This document shows positions 63,296 through 64,000 of a DNA stretch of 64,000 bases, piece after piece (the stretch's first letter is position 1; the number at the start of each line of letters is the position of its first letter). A program made the translations under genes and the position numbers. Location: NCBI RefSeq assembly GCF_055900595.2, contig NZ_CM148325.1, one strand, 5' to 3'. The notes beneath the pieces are model-generated. The model searched no databases and had not been told where the DNA came from. It saw only the letters and a list, made by a program, of their open reading frames with translations.

Positions 63296-63642
63296 GGACG
63301 TCTCCTGTCGATTGGAATGGAGAATGTCCACGGCTGGCCGGGGATATCGGTACGTTCGGCTTCAATAGTGACGCTAAGATCGGCATTATCCGCAGCAAAG
63401 TCCACACCGATAATCTCGATGCGGGGTTCCCAGCGCGTCAGCGCCATGACCACTGCCGACATCACCCGTAGCCGGGTAGCGCCATCGTTGGGCTGGTCGA
63501 TCAGGTTGCCGATCAGTGAGCCATAATCGCGACGCATCACGCGCGTACCTACCGGCGTGGTCAAAATATCTTTTACGGATTGCTTAATGTGCAACTCGTC
63601 GCTTAACACTCTGCCGGTTTCAGCGTTCATACCGAGGTACAT
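63292..63642 (-). CDS. baseplate wedge protein (gpW-like)
   Basis: 116-aa ORF in P2 order between V and J. Confidence 0.85.
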   Translation of the reverse strand: MYLGMNAETGRVLSDELHIKQSVKDILTTPVGTRVMRRDYGSLIGNLIDQPNDGATRLRVMSAVVMALTRWEPRIEIIGVDFAADNADLSVTIEAERTDIPGQPWTFSIPIDRRRP

Positions 63643-64000
63643 TACTGCGGCCCTCCGGTATTGCTACCCCCGCGCTCTACGCCTGTGTGCGTGTGGGTAT
63701 GAACGGTGACGCCGTTGGAGGTAAAACTGCCGCCGCTGTGGGTGTAAGCACCTTTAAGCGTGCCGCCTTTTTTAACCGACAGCGTGGCGGTTTCCAGATG
63801 CTGGGTGCAGACGACGAGCGGTGTATCCAGCGTGACGCGGGTGCTGGCTTCGACCAGTGCGGTCTTGATGCCGGTAGCTTTTAACGTGCTGGAGCGCGGA
63901 TCATATTCAATCACCGCACCATCGGGGTAAACGCTATGGTGAACCTGTTCATCCAGCAGCGGGGCGGGGTTGGCGTCAGAGTAAATGGCCGGAAGTGCCA
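63642..64000 (-). CDS. baseplate spike/assembly protein (gpV-like), 5' end beyond window
   Basis: Open minus-strand frame running to the window edge; stops at the W start; P2 gene order V-W-J-I-H-G. Confidence 0.7.
   Translation of the reverse strand, partial: ALPAIYSDANPAPLLDEQVHHSVYPDGAVIEYDPRSSTLKATGIKTALVEASTRVTLDTPLVVCTQHLETATLSVKKGGTLKGAYTHSGGSFTSNGVTVHTHTHTGVERGGSNTGGPQ

Larger units (their letters stand above)
41821..64000. mobile_element. prophage (P2-like tail/late module plus P4-like integrase-primase module) inserted downstream of guaA; extends beyond window
   Basis: Integrase next to guaA 3' end, AlpA, primase-helicase, Ogr/Delta, and P2-order tail genes D U T E FII FI G H I J W V all on the minus strand; left boundary approximate, right end outside window. 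Confidence 0.85.

Overview
This window is an Escherichia coli-type chromosomal segment, in reverse orientation relative to the K-12 map, with two accessory insertions. The conserved backbone runs from the isc iron-sulfur cluster operon (iscS 5'-truncated, iscU, iscA, hscB, hscA, fdx, iscX) through pepB, sseB, a ryfA-like small-RNA locus, sseA, yfhM-pbpC, ndk, rlmN, rodZ, ispG, hisS, yfgM, bamB, der, yfgJ, xseA and guaBA. Insertion 1 (about 25.5-37.1 kb) is a sinH-sinI-ratA-like surface-protein island between yfgJ and xseA, including a 2695-aa protein built from nine tandem ~0.85 kb repeats. Insertion 2 (41.8 kb to the window end) is a prophage immediately downstream of guaA, with no tRNA visible at the junction. 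It combines a P4/CP4-57-like integrase, AlpA, primase-helicase module with a P2-like late-gene module in canonical order (V W J I H G, FI FII E/E' T U D, ogr). The prophage carries two cargo blocks. The first is a conspicuously A+T-rich four-gene operon with an XRE regulator wedged between gene D and ogr, encoding an NdpA/YejK-like protein, two proteins with no domain I recognise, and a membrane protein. The second is a two-gene moron (152-aa unknown plus Dam-family methyltransferase) between G and FI. I consider the D/ogr operon the best candidate for an undescribed system, most plausibly anti-phage defence or superinfection exclusion. All calls rest on reading the six-frame translations and DNA by eye; no database search was run.
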